Shown here: piece after piece, positions 14,501 to 32,625 of the stretch
Numbering within the stretch: position 1 is the first letter of the stretch
Layout: each line of letters begins with the position of its first letter
Source of the DNA: the human T2T-CHM13v2.0 reference genome, Homo sapiens
Reading direction: 5' to 3' (one strand)
Assembly (NCBI RefSeq): GCF_009914755.1
Contig: NC_060946.1
DNA length: 64,000 nt
Translations under genes and position numbers: made by a program
Notes under the pieces: generated by a model
Seen by the model: only the letters and a program-made list of their open reading frames with translations
Database searches by the model: none
What the model was told of the DNA's origin: nothing

Positions 14501-15379
14501 TGGTGGGTCTGCGTTAGTCTGATCTCGTAGTTCATGATAATAACTTCCTTTATTAGGGATTATTCTTTTCTCCATTGTCTCTTCCTGGAAAAATTATTGA
14601 TTAATTTTTTGTAAGCTAATATGTAGAGTGAAACCAGGATGAATCACACAGTGGTTGAGGTGTATATGGGCTTTGATAGGGATATGGGCTGGAACCTGCA
14701 CTCTGTCATTTACTAATTTTGTAATTTGTGGCAAATTGGTTAATATGTCTGAACTTCCATTTACTCATTAAGAGATCAAATATCTTTGAACCTCCGTTTA
14801 CACATTTATACTTTCAGACCATTTTTTATACCTTTAGAAGACTGTGAGGATTAAATGAGAGAACATATATGCAGTAAATAAATTGAGCCAAATGTGAGGA
14901 GGAGGTCGTAGTGGTAATTTGTTAGCTCTTTAGGAGAAAAATACCTGTGCATTCATATCCCTGCTTCTTTTTTAACTGGCAGATTTGCCTGAGGTTGACT
15001 ATACATACAAATATTGAGCATTTCCTCCTGGTCTCCGTGATAAACAAAGGTTTTGATATTGTTCGGCGAGATGGAAAGAAAATATCAAGGAGTGAGCTGA
15101 AGCCACTGCCCTTGAGAACCCTCTCGAGGAGTCTGGCCTCATGAAGATGCCAGAATAAACGGCAGATATATCCTGAATGAATGTGAGATTTTTACCCTGT
15201 GAATTTCCTGTGAGGAGTGGTGAGTTATCTTCTGAAAACTTTATGATGAAAATGCAGACAAGAGTGTCTTAAGATTATCGTAATAATCATAATTAATGCT
15301 TATATAGCACTTTCAATGCACCAAGAAATTGTTGTAGGCACTTTGCACGTTAACTTTTTTCAAATCGCTCTTGGGGTTT

Positions 15380-15990
15380 TTTTTTATTGCGATGTAATTC
15401 ATAATTATAAAATTCACCCTTTTGTACAGTCAGTGGTTTTTAGTATATATTCAAGAGGTTCACTACTGTCTAGTTGCTCAGCATTTTCATCATCTCAGAA
15501 GAATCTCTTCCTACCCATTAAAGCAGTCACATCCCATCCTCCCCCTCTCCTAGTCCTTGGCAACCACTAGTCTGCTATCTATGTGAAATTGCCTATTCTG
15601 AATATTTCCTAAGAAATCATGCAACATGTGGCCTTTTGTATCTGGCTTCTTTCACTTATAACATTCTTGAGGTCCATCATTGTTGTAGCACTTGTTCCTT
15701 TTTATGACTGCATAGTATTCCATTGTATGGATGTAGCATTTTGTTCATCCATTCATCAGTTGATGAACATTTAGGTTGTTTCCCCTTTTTGACTATTGTG
15801 ACTAATGCTAGTGTGAATATTCTTATGTAAGTATTTTTGTGGGTGTATGTTTTCATTTCCCTTGGGTATACATAGGAGTAAAATTGCTGGGTCATATGGT
15901 AACTCTTTAACTTTTTGAGGAACCCCAAACTGTTTACTGTAGATGCTGCATCATTTTACATTTCCACCAGCAATGTGTGAGGATACATAT
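15380..15990 (-). mobile_element. Old L1 (L1MB/L1MC) 3' end
   Basis: ORF 15677-15928 (YPREMKTYTHKNTY...KQPKCSSTDEWMNKM) is an L1 ORF2 C-terminus remnant. Confidence 0.8.
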
Positions 15991-16160
15991 TACCTCTTAA
16001 TCCTCACAATAGCCTTAAGAGTTAAGTTATTTTCCTAATTTTTTAAGTGGGGAAACTGACTCACAGAGAGATTCAGTACCTTTTCCAAAAATCACAGAGC
16101 TAAGAAATGACAGAACCAGGATTTAAAATCTGGCAGTGTGGCTCTACAATCTGCTTTGAA
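15990..16160 (-). mobile_element. MIR remnant
   Basis: taatcctcacaatagcc...ggggaaactgactcacagag...cacagagctaagaaatgacagaaccaggatttaaa. Confidence 0.65.
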
Positions 16161-16355
16161 CTTTAACATGATATGTACAAAGCCTGAAGCAACTTCTCAG
16201 TACTGTATTTAAGAGGGTATAGCAATGTAAGTCTTCCTAAATCAATAATTTATAAATGAAACAGCTTAAAAGACTTCCAAGTTTCAATCTTACGATATTT
16301 GTTTATCACACAAATCGATATACCTAAACTCATCTATATAAATTATGTCCTGTAG

Positions 16356-16425
16356 TAAGAAGAAAAAGAGGAAAGATAAGAAGAGAAAAAGAGAAGAAGA
16401 TGAAGAAACCCAGTTTGATATGTTG
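16356..16425 (+). pseudogene. FRG1: FRG1 exon 2 (70 nt, 1-nt deletion frameshift)
   Basis: tgtag| (S)KKKKRKDKKRKREEDEETQFD then ATGTTG instead of ATTGTTG; donor gtgagt. Confidence 0.93.
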
Positions 16426-17169
16426 GTGAGTCAGTTTTCAGTGCTTTATTCTGAAAAATAGTTAACATTTCTTGAGATCTCATTGAAAATATTTTCCTAG
16501 TTAGAAATTTATGATGCATTCATATTTGTCTTAAAGTGCTTAAGTATTACCTACAGTTGTAAATTCCATTTATTCTTTAGCACAGTAGATGCTACCGATG
16601 CCTTTACTTCATTATCAGAACAGAGCACAGGAGAGAAGAATTACAACTCTCTGACTTAGTAGGCACCATTAGACTGCTTAATAGCTGGAGATTCTGATAC
16701 ATAATTTTAAAGGCTTAATGTAAATGTTATTCAACCAAATATATTTTACAAGTTATTTTCTTTGAACATGTATACATTTTAGTTGTAGAAGTCAGTTGTC
16801 TCTTAAACGAAGTATCTTCACAGGAAAAATCATTATTTTGTGAACTCTGAAATGAATGAAAATTTTAAATACAATATCAGGGTAGCCTGTAAATGATACT
16901 AGAAATAAACTGACCCAAACACACTTAACCAGCCTGTTTTCCGTTTAGCTGTTTCCATGCTTTTTTTTTCTGTTTTAAAACTTGGCAAATTGCATTTTGA
17001 ATCTTGATAAATTATGGTAGCTTAAAAATATATAAAATATGAAATGGTATAAAGCTAATGTTCTGGAAGAATCATTGCTTTTGAAATGGCAAATCAACAA
17101 TTCTAAAATTAGGGTATATATCTAGGGTAGATATGTAGATGTGGAATTGCTGTGTCAAAGGATATGTGA

Positions 17170-17582
<413 letters not shown>

Positions 17583-19394
17583 AGAAGCTTTTAATTTTTA
17601 TAAAGCTTAGTTTATTTTTTTCTTTTATGGTTACTACCTTATCTCTTTGATCTAAGAGATCTTTGCTTACCCCAAAGTCAGGAAAATATTCTACGTTGTC
17701 TTTTAGAGGCATCATTGTTTTAGATTTTACATTACATCTGTCATTAATCTCAAATTAATTTATGGCATGGTGTGAGTTTGGTTTCAAAACATACTTTTTT
17801 TTTTTAACATCTTGATAGCCATTTGTGCCAGCACCACTGGTGTTTCCTTTTTCCATTAATCCAGTTTCGTGTCTTCATAAAAAATCAATTATCTTTCTAT
17901 GTATTGGTCTATTTCTGGACCCTGTTCTATCGATTGTCTGTTTTTCTTTTGGTATATTTCTCTTGATTGCTATAATTTCATGAAGTCTTGAGATCAGGTA
18001 GTGTGTATCCTCCAACTTTGTACTTACTATTAGTTTATTAATTTCTACAGTGAAGCCTGTTGGATTTTCTCAGAGAATTGTATTGAGTCCAGATCATTTG
18101 GGGGAGAATCAATATCTTAATATTGGGCCTCAATATTTCATAATTTTCAATGTAGTAGTCTTGCATGCCTGTTTAAAAATTTATTCTTAAGTATTTTATA
18201 ATTTTACACTACTGTCAGTAGAACTTTTGAATTTCATTTTCCGGTTGTCTGCTGTTAGTATGTAGATATACAATTGATTTTTGTATAGTGACTTTGTAGT
18301 CTCATAAGTCTGTTTCACTTATTACTTCTAGTGGTTTGTTTATATAGAATACTAAGAAATTTGCAATTATGTTTCCTGTGACTATCATTTTACTTCTTTC
18401 TTTCTAATCCTTATGTCTTGTCTTGCTTTTTATTGGTTTATTATACTGCCCAGGACTTCCATAGTGTTGAACATAAGTCACGAGAATGGGCATAATTGCA
18501 TTGTTTCCAAGCTTAGGCAGAAAGCTTTCAGTAGTCCACCATATGGTATGGTGTCTGTAGGATCTACAGAGAAAACCTTTATCAAAATGAGGACATTCCT
18601 TTTAAACTTTGTTTCTTGGGAGTTTTTTATCATAACAATGTTTAATGCTGTCAAATGCCTCTTTCTGTGTCTGTTGAGATGATTATACAAATTTCTTCAT
18701 TCTGCCAATGAATTACATTGGTTTCATTTTCAACTTTTAAACTAACTTTACATCCCTGAGATAAACCCCACTTGGTTGTGGTGCGTTGCCTTTTGGGATA
18801 TTGCTAGATTTGATTTCTAGGTTTTGTTGTTGTTGTTGTTGTTGTTTTAAGATTTCTCTATTGGTGTTGATGGGAGATATTGAACTTTTGTATCCTTTTC
18901 TTGTAATGGCTTTATTTGATTTTGGTGTCAAGGCGATAGTGGGTGTCATAAAATTAGATGGGAAGTGCTGCCTCCTTCCCTGTTTTTGGAAATAGCTGTG
19001 TAAGATCGGCATGATTTCTTCTTTACATGTTTGATAGGATTTACCAGTGAAGTCATCTGAACCTAGAGGGTTTTGTTTGGTTTGGTTTTAATTTTTTGTG
19101 GGAGAATTAAGATTTTTTAAGAGATATTTTCAGATTTTTCTGTTGTCAGTTTTGGTAACTTGTGTCTTTTAGGAAAATTTCATTTCATCCAAGTTGTTGG
19201 ATTTATTGTCATAAAATTGTTCAGAATATTCCTTTAATATCCTTTTAATGTCTGTAGAATCTAATCTGTATTGCAGTCTCTTCATATTGGTAATTTGTGT
19301 TTTTTCTATTTTTTCCTGGATCAGTCAGTCTAGCTGGAGGTTTATAAATTCTTTATAAGATCATTTATTTTAGATCATTAATGATCTTTTAGTA

Positions 19395-19608
19395 CAGGGG
19401 TATTCAATCTTTTAGCTTCCCTGGACCACAGTCGAAGGAGAAGAATTGTCTTGGGCCACACATAGAATACACTAACGATAAGCTGATGAGCCAAAAACAA
19501 AAAAAAACAAAAAAATCTCATAAGGTTTCAAGAAAGTTTATGAATTTGTGTTGGGCTGCATTCAAAGCTGGCCTGGGCCACATGCAGTCCTCAGGATTTG
19601 ACAAGCCT
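19395..19608 (+). mobile_element. MER30 hAT-Charlie DNA transposon
   Basis: caggggtattcaatcttttagcttccctggaccaca...agaattgtcttgggccacacata...ttgacaagcctg. Confidence 0.8.
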
Positions 19609-20023
19609 GTTTCAGTATTACTTATTTTCTCTTTTTTTCATTTTTTATTTCATTTATTTTCAGTGTTTTTTTTTCCTCCCTTTAACTTATTTTCAGTTTA
19701 CTTTGCTCTGTTTTATTGCTTCTTAAGAAGAGAGTTAGATCTCTTCATTCCACTTTAGTTTTAGTTATAGTCAACACATTTTGTTTTCATTTTCATTCCA
19801 TTCAAAATATTATCTAGTTTTCCTTGTGATTTTTCTTTTCATGGACACTTGAGTTATTTCAAAGTGTATTGTTCTTAATTTCTACTACATAGAGATATTA
19901 TAGGTATGTTATTGTTGCTGATTTCTAATTCATTTATAGTATAGTTGGAGAACATACTTTCTTAGTGAATTTCCACGTGCACTTGAAAAGAATGTGTATT
20001 CTGCAGATGTTGGTTCAGGGTTA

Positions 20024-20431
<408 letters not shown>

Positions 20432-21877
20432 TAATGAGAGTTATGTTAGAATCTCCAGCTGTAATTCTAGATCTGTCTACTTGAGCAGTTTTTGCTTAAA
20501 GTATTTTGAAGCTGTCATGTGTACGCATTTAGGATTGTTAAGTCTTCCTTATAAATTCAGTCTTTCATTTTCATAACATTTTAACCTTTATTTCTGTTAA
20601 ATGTCTTGATGCCTAGTTAAATTATTTGACCACCCTTTTGCTCCTGTCAAGCCTGGGCCTTTGTTAGTTCGTGGTTATTTATTAGGTTTTTGCCTGTAGA
20701 CTTAGACAGTGACTCTTACTCTAGGAAAGGCTCATCCTCATGGGCCTCAGCCACATGTTCTAAGTATACTTGGTGAGTTCTGTCCACTCTGCTGTGTCCC
20801 AAATTTGTGTGATTTCTGGCATCTCCAGTCAGCCCTCAGAAGTGCCAGCCACTCTGCAGAGGCCTTGTGGAGCCTGCCTACTGTATGCACTCCCCCCAGC
20901 CCTTGGCCCCAAACCTGCAGAGAACTTTTGCATACTCTTCCGAGGCCTCACCTGTATGTAGTTCCCTCTTCTCCAGTAACTTATTCTATAAACTCCAAAC
21001 ATGTTAGCACTGCAAGACTCTCAGCTTAGTGACAGTGACATTGATTCATTTTTGGAGGTCTCTAACTCTCTGCGTGGTCAAGAAACTGCCATTGGGCAGA
21101 AAACAGAAGTGTGTGTGAGATTTGCCTCCTGTGTTTTCCTGTTCTCAAATATCACAGTCCTGTTCTGCCTGTGTTCCAATCCCCGAAAACAGTTTTCTCA
21201 AATATTCTATCCAGTTTCAGTTTTCTCATTGGTCATGGTGGGAGGGCAAGTCCATCTTGGCTGGAAGAGGAAGTCCTTCTGCATCTTTTTCTCTTTGTCC
21301 TTCCACCTTCTTTTGCATTGTGGATTTTCTAAACTTGCCATAAAAGTAAGCATGTGCCCATTTGTGAAGGGAAATAAAAAAAACTTTTAATTTTTTAAAG
21401 CTGTTCTGTTGGTTCCTCACAAGGATCTGAAGGGATTGGTAAATAGGATGAAAGAAACTCTGTCTTTCACATGGAGAGTACCATGTGTGACATTAATAAA
21501 AATGAGCCTGTCTGTAAGCAAGGATTTTCACTGAGCTCTGCTAGATTCAGAAGCAATTGAACTTACAACATCGTAGTTTGCAAAACACAGATTTGATTTA
21601 CCCAGGAACTAAAGCTAAGTCAGCTATGGGTTAATAGAAGGTCTGTGAAGGGTACTTAGACTACAGTAAGATTGGGGAAGAAAATTCCATTTCCAAATCT
21701 AAGATATATCATTCCTTTGTGCCAAGCACATAATGAAGGCAGAGATTTAAGGGGGTCCTTAGCACAGAAGCACTGGGTTAGTCAGAATGTGAGGTGAGCT
21801 GTCACACAGCCTTGATGCTAGAATGAGGGTGTCCTGGTAGTATCGAATCAGCCATGACACTGGTGCATCGGGCCAGT

Positions 21878-22170
<293 letters not shown>

Positions 22171-23105
22171 CCAGACATATGGAAACATTCTCAACTATGT
22201 GAAAATATGTGAAAAGCTTTGTTATGCATTGTGAGACAACACAGCGGGAATATTTCACCATCTGCCTAAGGTTTAAAAGGAAATAACTTTAAGCATGTGT
22301 CTAAATAGCAAGTAATGTTTTTGAGTGGATTCTCTTAAATTCAGCTTGGGCATCTGCAACATATACACAACTTGAGCTGTCACCTGACTTAGAGACAGGC
22401 AACTTCAGTGCCGACTGTTCTTAGGATCCACTGCTTTTTCACAGCTAAAACCCCCGAGTGGCACCGTTAAGTATTATGTTATATTACTTTAGTCGCTAAA
22501 CATATAAGCATACCTCCAAAGGTTGAATGTAGGCCACTTGCAGAAAGTAGGCAGAATGCTCACATTTAATTCTTGATGATACTGTGTTTAGCTTTCTTAT
22601 TCTTTGAAATCCCATTGAGAAAAAATACTGGCATCTGCTCAAAGTAATTTCTTTTTCAGTTGACAATATTATAAGTAATGTTATTGTATCATTTAGCTAC
22701 TTGGACAGAGTGTGAAAATTTTGAGGAGCTTGTCTGCCAGAAATTTCTTCTTCATTTGCAAAACATTAATGAGATATTATATTTAAATGATTTTATTTAA
22801 TATTAAGTGTACTTGGTGAACGTGGCATAGAACATACAAAATAAAACTAATTTAAAATTATTAACTGTTACATTTATAAGAAAGTCTTGCTAATCATAAC
22901 ACTCTTCATAATGATTCTGAATAAAGCATTATTTCTTTTACTGAAAACAATTGTAGCTATAACTCAATCATCTAAATTGTCATTAGTTTTATTGCTTTCT
23001 AATTGTCTTTAGCTGAAATTTTAATTTTGATTAATTTTCTTTTTCTCCATTGTTTTTGTGTGTGTGTGGAGGTAAAATATACAGAATATAGAATTTGCCA
23101 GTTTT

Positions 23106-25520
<2,415 letters not shown>

Positions 25521-26151
25521 GAAATTTTATGTATTTTAAAATTGATTATGAAAAGCATGAAATGTTTAGTTGAATAGAAAATTTTGTGCAGTGGAATTAA
25601 CTGAAACTTTAAAACCTTTTTATTATGGAAATATCCAAACTAATCCATACATAGAAGAATATAATGAGTCCCCCATGTGCCCAGACCCCAGCATTAATTA
25701 TCAATATTTTGCCAATCTCATTTCATTTACGTACACACCCCCATACACGTTTTTTCCAAGAAAATTTTAAGTAAAATCACAGATATTACGTCATTTTACC
25801 CATAAGTACATAAATGTACATTTCTTAATGCAGTATGTCTTTCTCTCATCACCTCTTTTGTTCTTTACTTTTATACATTATACTATGTCATTATCAGACC
25901 TTGTAAAATTAACAAGAATTCCTTAATATGGCATATCCAGTTAATGATTGACTCATTTCTACTCTAGTTAAAGTACAATTTAGGAGAAGGTTTGAGGATA
26001 TTTTTTCACATTAAGATGTAAACTTTTATAACAACTGCTAAAATAATTGTTGCTAGAGTCTAACATTTCTATTGGCAAATTGGAAATTAGTATACATAGA
26101 CATAGATTCTGCTCATTTTGCTTTCAATCTAAAATCGTAGTTAAGATTACT

Positions 26152-26443
26152 GGCCGGGTGTGGTGGCTCACACCTGTAATCCCAGCACTTTGGGAGGCAA
26201 AGGCGGGTGGATCACGAGGTCAGGAGTTCAAGACCAGCCTGGCCAATGTGGTGAAACCCCGTCTCTACTAAAAATACAAAAAAAAATTATTCAGGTATGG
26301 TGGCAGGCTCTTGTAACTGCAGCTACTCGGGAAGATGAGACAGAGAATTGTTTGAACCCAGGAGGCAGAGGTCGCAGTGAGCCAAGACCGCGTCACTGCA
26401 CTCCAGCCTGGGTGACAGAGCAAGACTCCATCTCAAAAAAAAA
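26152..26443 (+). mobile_element. AluS (Sg/Sc-like)
   Basis: ggatcacgaggtcaggagttcaagaccagcctggcc; TSD AAGATTACT on both sides. Confidence 0.9.
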
Positions 26444-26596
26444 AAGATTACTATGCTAGAAAGTCTTCCTGTAGAGGCATTTTTAAGAAGCATTATCGTA
26501 GGCATTGCCTCTGGAAAGCAGGCATGAATAGATGGCTGGGGTCTATCATGAGAGAGACTGTTCTCCATATATCAATTTTACCCTCACATGTTGCCT

Positions 26597-26765
26597 TTTG
26601 TTTTGTTTTGGTCTTTTTTTGAGACAGGACCTTGTTCTGTCACTCAGGCTAGAGTGCAGTGGCGTGATCATAGCTCACTATAACCTTGAACTCCTGGGCT
26701 CAAGTGATCCCCTTTCACAGCTCCCCGAGTAGCTGGGATTACAGGCATGCACCCCCATGCCTGGC
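26597..26765 (-). mobile_element. Alu monomer (FRAM/AluJ arm)
   Basis: gagacagg...ggcgtgatcatagctcact...gtagctgggattacaggc. Confidence 0.8.
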
Positions 26766-27096
26766 TGTATGTTGCTATTGTGTATTTTAAAAACCTAATC
26801 CTGACTCTGCTGGTAGTCGCAGGAATCTGTGCACATACATGCAAACAAGTACACGTAAAACTGGCGAAATCTGAATAAGCTTCATGGATTATATCAATGT
26901 CAGTTTCCTGATTCTAACAATGTGTGATACTTATGCAAGATGTCATCATTGAGACAAAGTGAGTGAAGGATATGTGAGATCTTTGTAGTATTTCTTACGA
27001 CTGCAAAATAAAAAGTTTTTAAAACTAAGTTATAATAACAAAGAACTCTGTGTCAAAACTAAAATATAAAGTTGAAATATCAATTTTATTTTTTAG

Positions 27097-27222
27097 GAAT
27101 CTGGTGGACAGTAATAAACTTTGGTGGAATTTCAGGAACCATAGCCATTGAAATGGATGAGGGAACCTATATACATGCACTCGACAATGGTCTTTTTACC
27201 CTGGGAGCTCCACACAAAGAAA
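27097..27222 (+). pseudogene. FRG1: FRG1 exon 3 (126 nt)
   Basis: ttttag| [41 protein letters not shown] |gtttgt. Confidence 0.95.
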
Positions 27223-28001
27223 GTTTGTGTTTGGAAGGGAAGATCCTGCCACAAGTGTAGATTTTAGGACATTCATTCACTTAGGCCAAACTCTAACTAG
27301 TCTCAAACATTTTCCAAATAAATGGAACCATTGCATTTGACACTTCCATTTTTTAATTCCTTAATATTTACCAGCCATTGGGAAGTCCCTCTTTTTAATA
27401 TAAGCATTTGAAAACATTCCATATAGTTCCATAAGAGTATCTTTGGAAATCAAAACAATATGAATAATTAAAATAGTAAGTGGAAAGAAAAAAGAAAACC
27501 TATTTGAGTCAAACATCTTTGAATTTCTTTTTTATTCAGACCTATTACCAAAACTAACCTGGGTGCATTTAACAATTTGAAGTTTCCTCATTTTCTTTAG
27601 CCCTTTAGAGGAAACACTAATGAGATATGAAGTAATTAGAAGATAAAAAGCAGTATCATTTGGTCAGCAAGGCCATCCATTGAATAAATGAAAGCGTTTA
27701 GCTTTTTTAAATAAGTGCTTATTTATGACTGTATTTTAAAACATAAAGAGAATCTATCTCGAAAGTTATTAAATAAGCATTATATCACCCTGTCTTACTC
27801 AGTGTATAAAATTAACACTGTAGTTAAAAGAAGGTAAAATAGATCTTGATTCCAAAGATACAGTATTACAGTGACATCAGTATATCTGAATATTCTTACA
27901 TTTAATTGCAGAAGAAAATAGCCACATTTTTTAAAGCAAAATAATGTCTTTATATTTATAGCAAATGTCAAATTTATATTTAAAAGTTTTTTCTCCAATA
28001 G

Positions 28002-28059
28002 TTGATGAGGGCTCTAGTCCTCCAGAGCAGTTTACGGCTGTCAAATTATCTGATTCCAG
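28002..28059 (+). pseudogene. FRG1: FRG1 exon 4 (58 nt)
   Basis: caatag| DEGSSPPEQFTAVKLSDS |gtgagc. Confidence 0.95.
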
Positions 28060-29412
28060 GTGAGCTTATGTTGTAATATAATTAGTAACCAGTTATTTTA
28101 AAAATTTAATTGTATTCATTAAAAATTTTAGTATCTGTCTTAAGCCCACGGTAATTTTGATATAAAAAACAAAATAGCTTTTTTGAAAAGTAGATTTTGT
28201 GATCTACTTTTAGTGGATTTCCTATCAATATATAATGCTAGGCTGGAAAAAAGATATGTAAGTTAAAAAATGAAGATTAATAATTTCACACACCAAGTAA
28301 GATAGATTAAAAAATAAATCAAATAGTACAAAACCTGGTTCACTGTTGCTATGATATTTAAACTCACTGTTTGGAAGTCTAAAGACAAACAGGAAGACTA
28401 AAAAAAGGAATATTGTTGAAACCAGCAGAGAATGTTACAGCATCATAACGACCAAAAGAATATTTTTACTCACTATTTTTACAGTCATTTTATAAAGTAG
28501 CCTTTTTTATTCTCACCTTGTGCAGAAGTATAGAATGATTCTTTGGGTAAAACATACTGAAAGTGAATTTACATATTTTAGTAATTGGTTACATCGACAT
28601 GATAATGATTTCTGTTATATAATCATTAACGTATAAAGGAGTAAAAGTCAATTCTGGCATCCAAGGAGATTCTTGGTAAGGTAAAAGAAATCATAATTTA
28701 AAAAAATCACATTAAGATGATTATTTCTATACTTTCTTTGGAAGTCTGATAAGTAGAGTGAAAGACAAAGAATAAAAGCAGAGGAAGAAAAAATTCAATA
28801 GTTTTAAACTGCTTTACAATTATAAACAAAAAAGGATTATAAAGAAAATTAACTGACAAATGAGGAAAATATTTGCAACAATCTTAATAGGCAGTGAGTT
28901 CTTAATCTTCATATGTATCTTGTATAAAATTCATAGCACTGAAGACCCCAGTAGAAAAATTGCGAACAATAAGATCTGAATAGAAAAGTGGACAAGGCAC
29001 ATTACCAGATAATCTAAAAACTAAAAAGGAAAGGAAAAGAAAAACAATTGTTATTCTAGTTAACTACTAAAATGCAAATTAATAGGATACTGTTTTTTTC
29101 CATATCAGGTTTTCAAGTATTTTTTTAGAGTCATAATGTTTAAAAAAAAAATCCATGATACAAAACATACTGTGTTAATTTGAGGTGAGAATGTAAATGG
29201 AAGCAGCATTTTCTGGAAAACAGTTTGATGACATAAAGTTTTAGTAATTTATTATTGAAGTTTATAACTAAAGAGGTATAATTGAAGAATGATGAATTTT
29301 GAAAATATTTGTTATGTAATATATAAGGTACAATGTTTATATTAAAAAAGCAAAATATAAAACTAAATTTAAAACTGCACTGTCCAATATGGCAACAACT
29401 AGTCACATGTAG

Positions 29413-29712
29413 CTTTTTTTTTTTTTTTTTGGAAGGCACAGAGTCTCACTCTGTCACCCAGGCTGGAGGGCAGTGGTGTGAACATAGTTCACTATAACCT
29501 CAAATTTCTGGGCTCCAAGCACTCCTCCTGCATCAGCCTCCCAAGTAGCTGGTATTACGTGTGCACACCACCATGCCCAGCTAACTTTTTAAATTTTTTA
29601 TAGAGATGGGGTCTCACTATGTTGTCCAGGCTGATCTTGAACTTCTTGCCTCAAGCAATTCTCCCATTGCCTTCCCAAAACACAGATTACAGTCTTGAGT
29701 CACCACTCAGCC
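29413..29712 (-). mobile_element. AluJ element
   Basis: Poly-T plus diverged dimeric Alu. Confidence 0.85.
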
Positions 29713-29857
29713 ACATGCATCTTTTGAACACTTGGAATATGTCCAGTCTGGAATTTTAGATATGTACACACCCACACACATACACATGTCCTGTTTTGAT
29801 GTCCTATAATTAATTTTCTCTCAGTTTTTAACTTTTATCTATCTTATTAATGTACAG

Positions 29858-29972
29858 AATCGCCCTGAAATCTGGCTATAGAAAATATCCTGGTATAAAT
29901 TCAGATGAACTTCTTATTGGGCGTTCAGATGCAGTTGAACCAAGAGAACAATAGGAACCAGTGTTTCAAAAT
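29858..29972 (+). pseudogene. FRG1: FRG1 exon 5 (115 nt) with nonsense codon and dead donor
   Basis: tacag| [37 protein letters not shown]; TAG at 29952-29954 replaces Trp; donor reads ataagt. Confidence 0.93.
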
Positions 29973-31986
29973 ATAAGTGCTGTTATTGTTTATAAAAACT
30001 TCCTGTCAGTTTAACAGAAAGTCTGTAACAGTCAATCATAATATATTTAAAAAGAAAAAGTAGGATGCAATAGTATAATACATTAAATTGGAATAAATCA
30101 GTAAGAACATAGAGCCTTAAAGAGATCTCAAAATATAGTGCAACAAAAATAGCATTAGTACTTTTGCCCACAATTATTTCTGTATACCCTTAGTGCCCGA
30201 TATGGATCTCATTTCCATTGAAGAACCAGTCAATTTTAGGTCACAGAGTAGGAAAACAGAATAGTTCCTAAGTATCTTCCTTGTAGCAGAAATCATGGAT
30301 GCTTTCAGAAACATTACAGACTGTAAGAGAACAGTGGAGCTAGCTAAGAACAAGTTGTGACAATTTGCGTATAAAATATAAATAATAATAGTTCATTGAA
30401 GTAAATTATCTCTAAAAAACTTTCAGTTCATAAGCTTAAAATAGTGTATGAAAAGATAGTTTTAATATAAGAAGAAAAAAGATAGTATACTAATTCTTAA
30501 TTTTAGTAAGTAGACAATTGTAGTATATGGATGTTTTGTTAAATCTTTGTTGATACAGAATACATGATTTCCTTTTTCTGTGTGAGAAGTAAAGATTGAA
30601 CAAAAAATATGTGAGTGCTAAACTGTCTTTAAAAAGTAGATAACTATATCAAAAACAGTAAGGACCAGTGGGTACCACGCAGAACAAGCAAATAGAAGAT
30701 AACCTCAGCCTTTGAGTAGCAGCTTTGGTAGTATACAATAATGAACTGAAAATAGGAACTCAGCAGTGTTTTCTAAGACGACAGATTAAAAAAACATCCC
30801 ACCAGAAAGATGTAATCACTTAGACTAATTTCCTCATCCCCTAGGATAAAATCTTAAGTCAGTGACTTGAAAACTATTTTGACCCAATCCATTGACAAAT
30901 GCAGCACACACATATGCATAACTGAAGCAAGAGTTGTACTTAACAATACTTACTTATCCATGTGTTATACACCTTGATATTTCTTATTCTCTTTTACCCC
31001 TTCCTCTGTGTGTCTGTGTGTATTCCTTTTCCCCCCAGCCCACCCAATACCGTTCAGGAAACACTACATTGATTTCATTACCTGTTAATGTGTTGCAACC
31101 CCTTTGAGATGATCCTACTAGTTGTGATGAGATGTTTCTAATAAAAGTTACACCAGTAGAAAATGCCAATATTTCATAAGGCCAGGATGATGACTTAGAT
31201 AGTACTAATAATACAACACTTTAGGAAAGTTCATTTCATTTTATTTTTAGGAAGGACACTAAGTTTCAAAAATTTAAATTTAAATGAAAAAGGGTCTTAA
31301 AACTCTATTTCAAAAAGGACTCAGCTGAATAATCTGTGGCACAGGTTTAAATCGCCTTGGACCAGACCACCATGTTCCAGGGCTCACCAGGAGCCATCCA
31401 GATGAGAGACCACCCAGCCCTTGGGACTTGACTAAGAAATTAAATCCATGTTATCAGCACATTTTTAACTGGATGTGATATAAGTTTAACATATTTTGTA
31501 ATCATTGTATTTATAAATATTTTGTCTAAACGTTATGGTATTCCAAGTTTTCCAAAAGAATCAACCAAATACAAGTTATAAATAAACGTTATATTTGTTA
31601 CGGGAGTTAAGCTAACCAAATTTGTAACCCAGATTTAGATACACAAGAAAATCAGTTTTTAAAGTTTTGTTTAATAGAAAGCAGTGTAATACATCAAACA
31701 TTAAACAACTAAACATGTATATGAATATTTATTTTCACACACAAAAGTCACTCAGACATTGATTCTTAAATTCAAAACACCAAAGGCATTGTATATACCT
31801 TTTCATGTTTTCTAATTGTGAAGAAAATAATTTTTATTTAAAATGTTAATATTTGAATAAAGTATGCATTCATAATTATGTTCTTGTCTTTAAAGTTAAT
31901 TTTTCAAACAGAACTAAATCAGTTTTATCTTCAGTAGATCTTTTAGAAAGGAAGCAATCCTACCTCATCTAATTAGAATTTAGTCC

Positions 31987-32317
<331 letters not shown>

Positions 32318-32523
32318 TTATTGTGGTAATCTTTGAATAGTAAAATGAAAGGTGATTTTGGTTTCCTTTTCTATATGTTCTTGTATTATATTTTTCAGGT
32401 TTTTCTCTAAGTTCTTTTCTGTGATTTTTAAATCAGGGAGGAAAAATTAATTCAGTCTAAACATTTAATGTTTCTTCCACAAGAAGTATCCTCATGGCTA
32501 TTTTGTTATTTTGTTTCACTTAA

Positions 32524-32625
32524 GGGAAAATGGCTTTGTTGGCCTCAAATAGCTGCTTTATTAGATGTAATGAAGCAGGGGACATAGAAGCAAAAAGTAA
32601 AACAGCAGAAGAAGAAATGATCAAG
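32524..32625 (+). pseudogene. FRG1: FRG1 exon 6 (102 nt; Gly codon deleted; acceptor reads aa)
   Basis: [34 protein letters not shown] |gtgatg; preceded by cacttaa. Confidence 0.92.

Noticed and set aside
13055-14575. Many overlapping ORFs around exon 1
   Set aside because: Expected in GC-rich CpG-island DNA; only the first 62 nt from 14152 match a known protein
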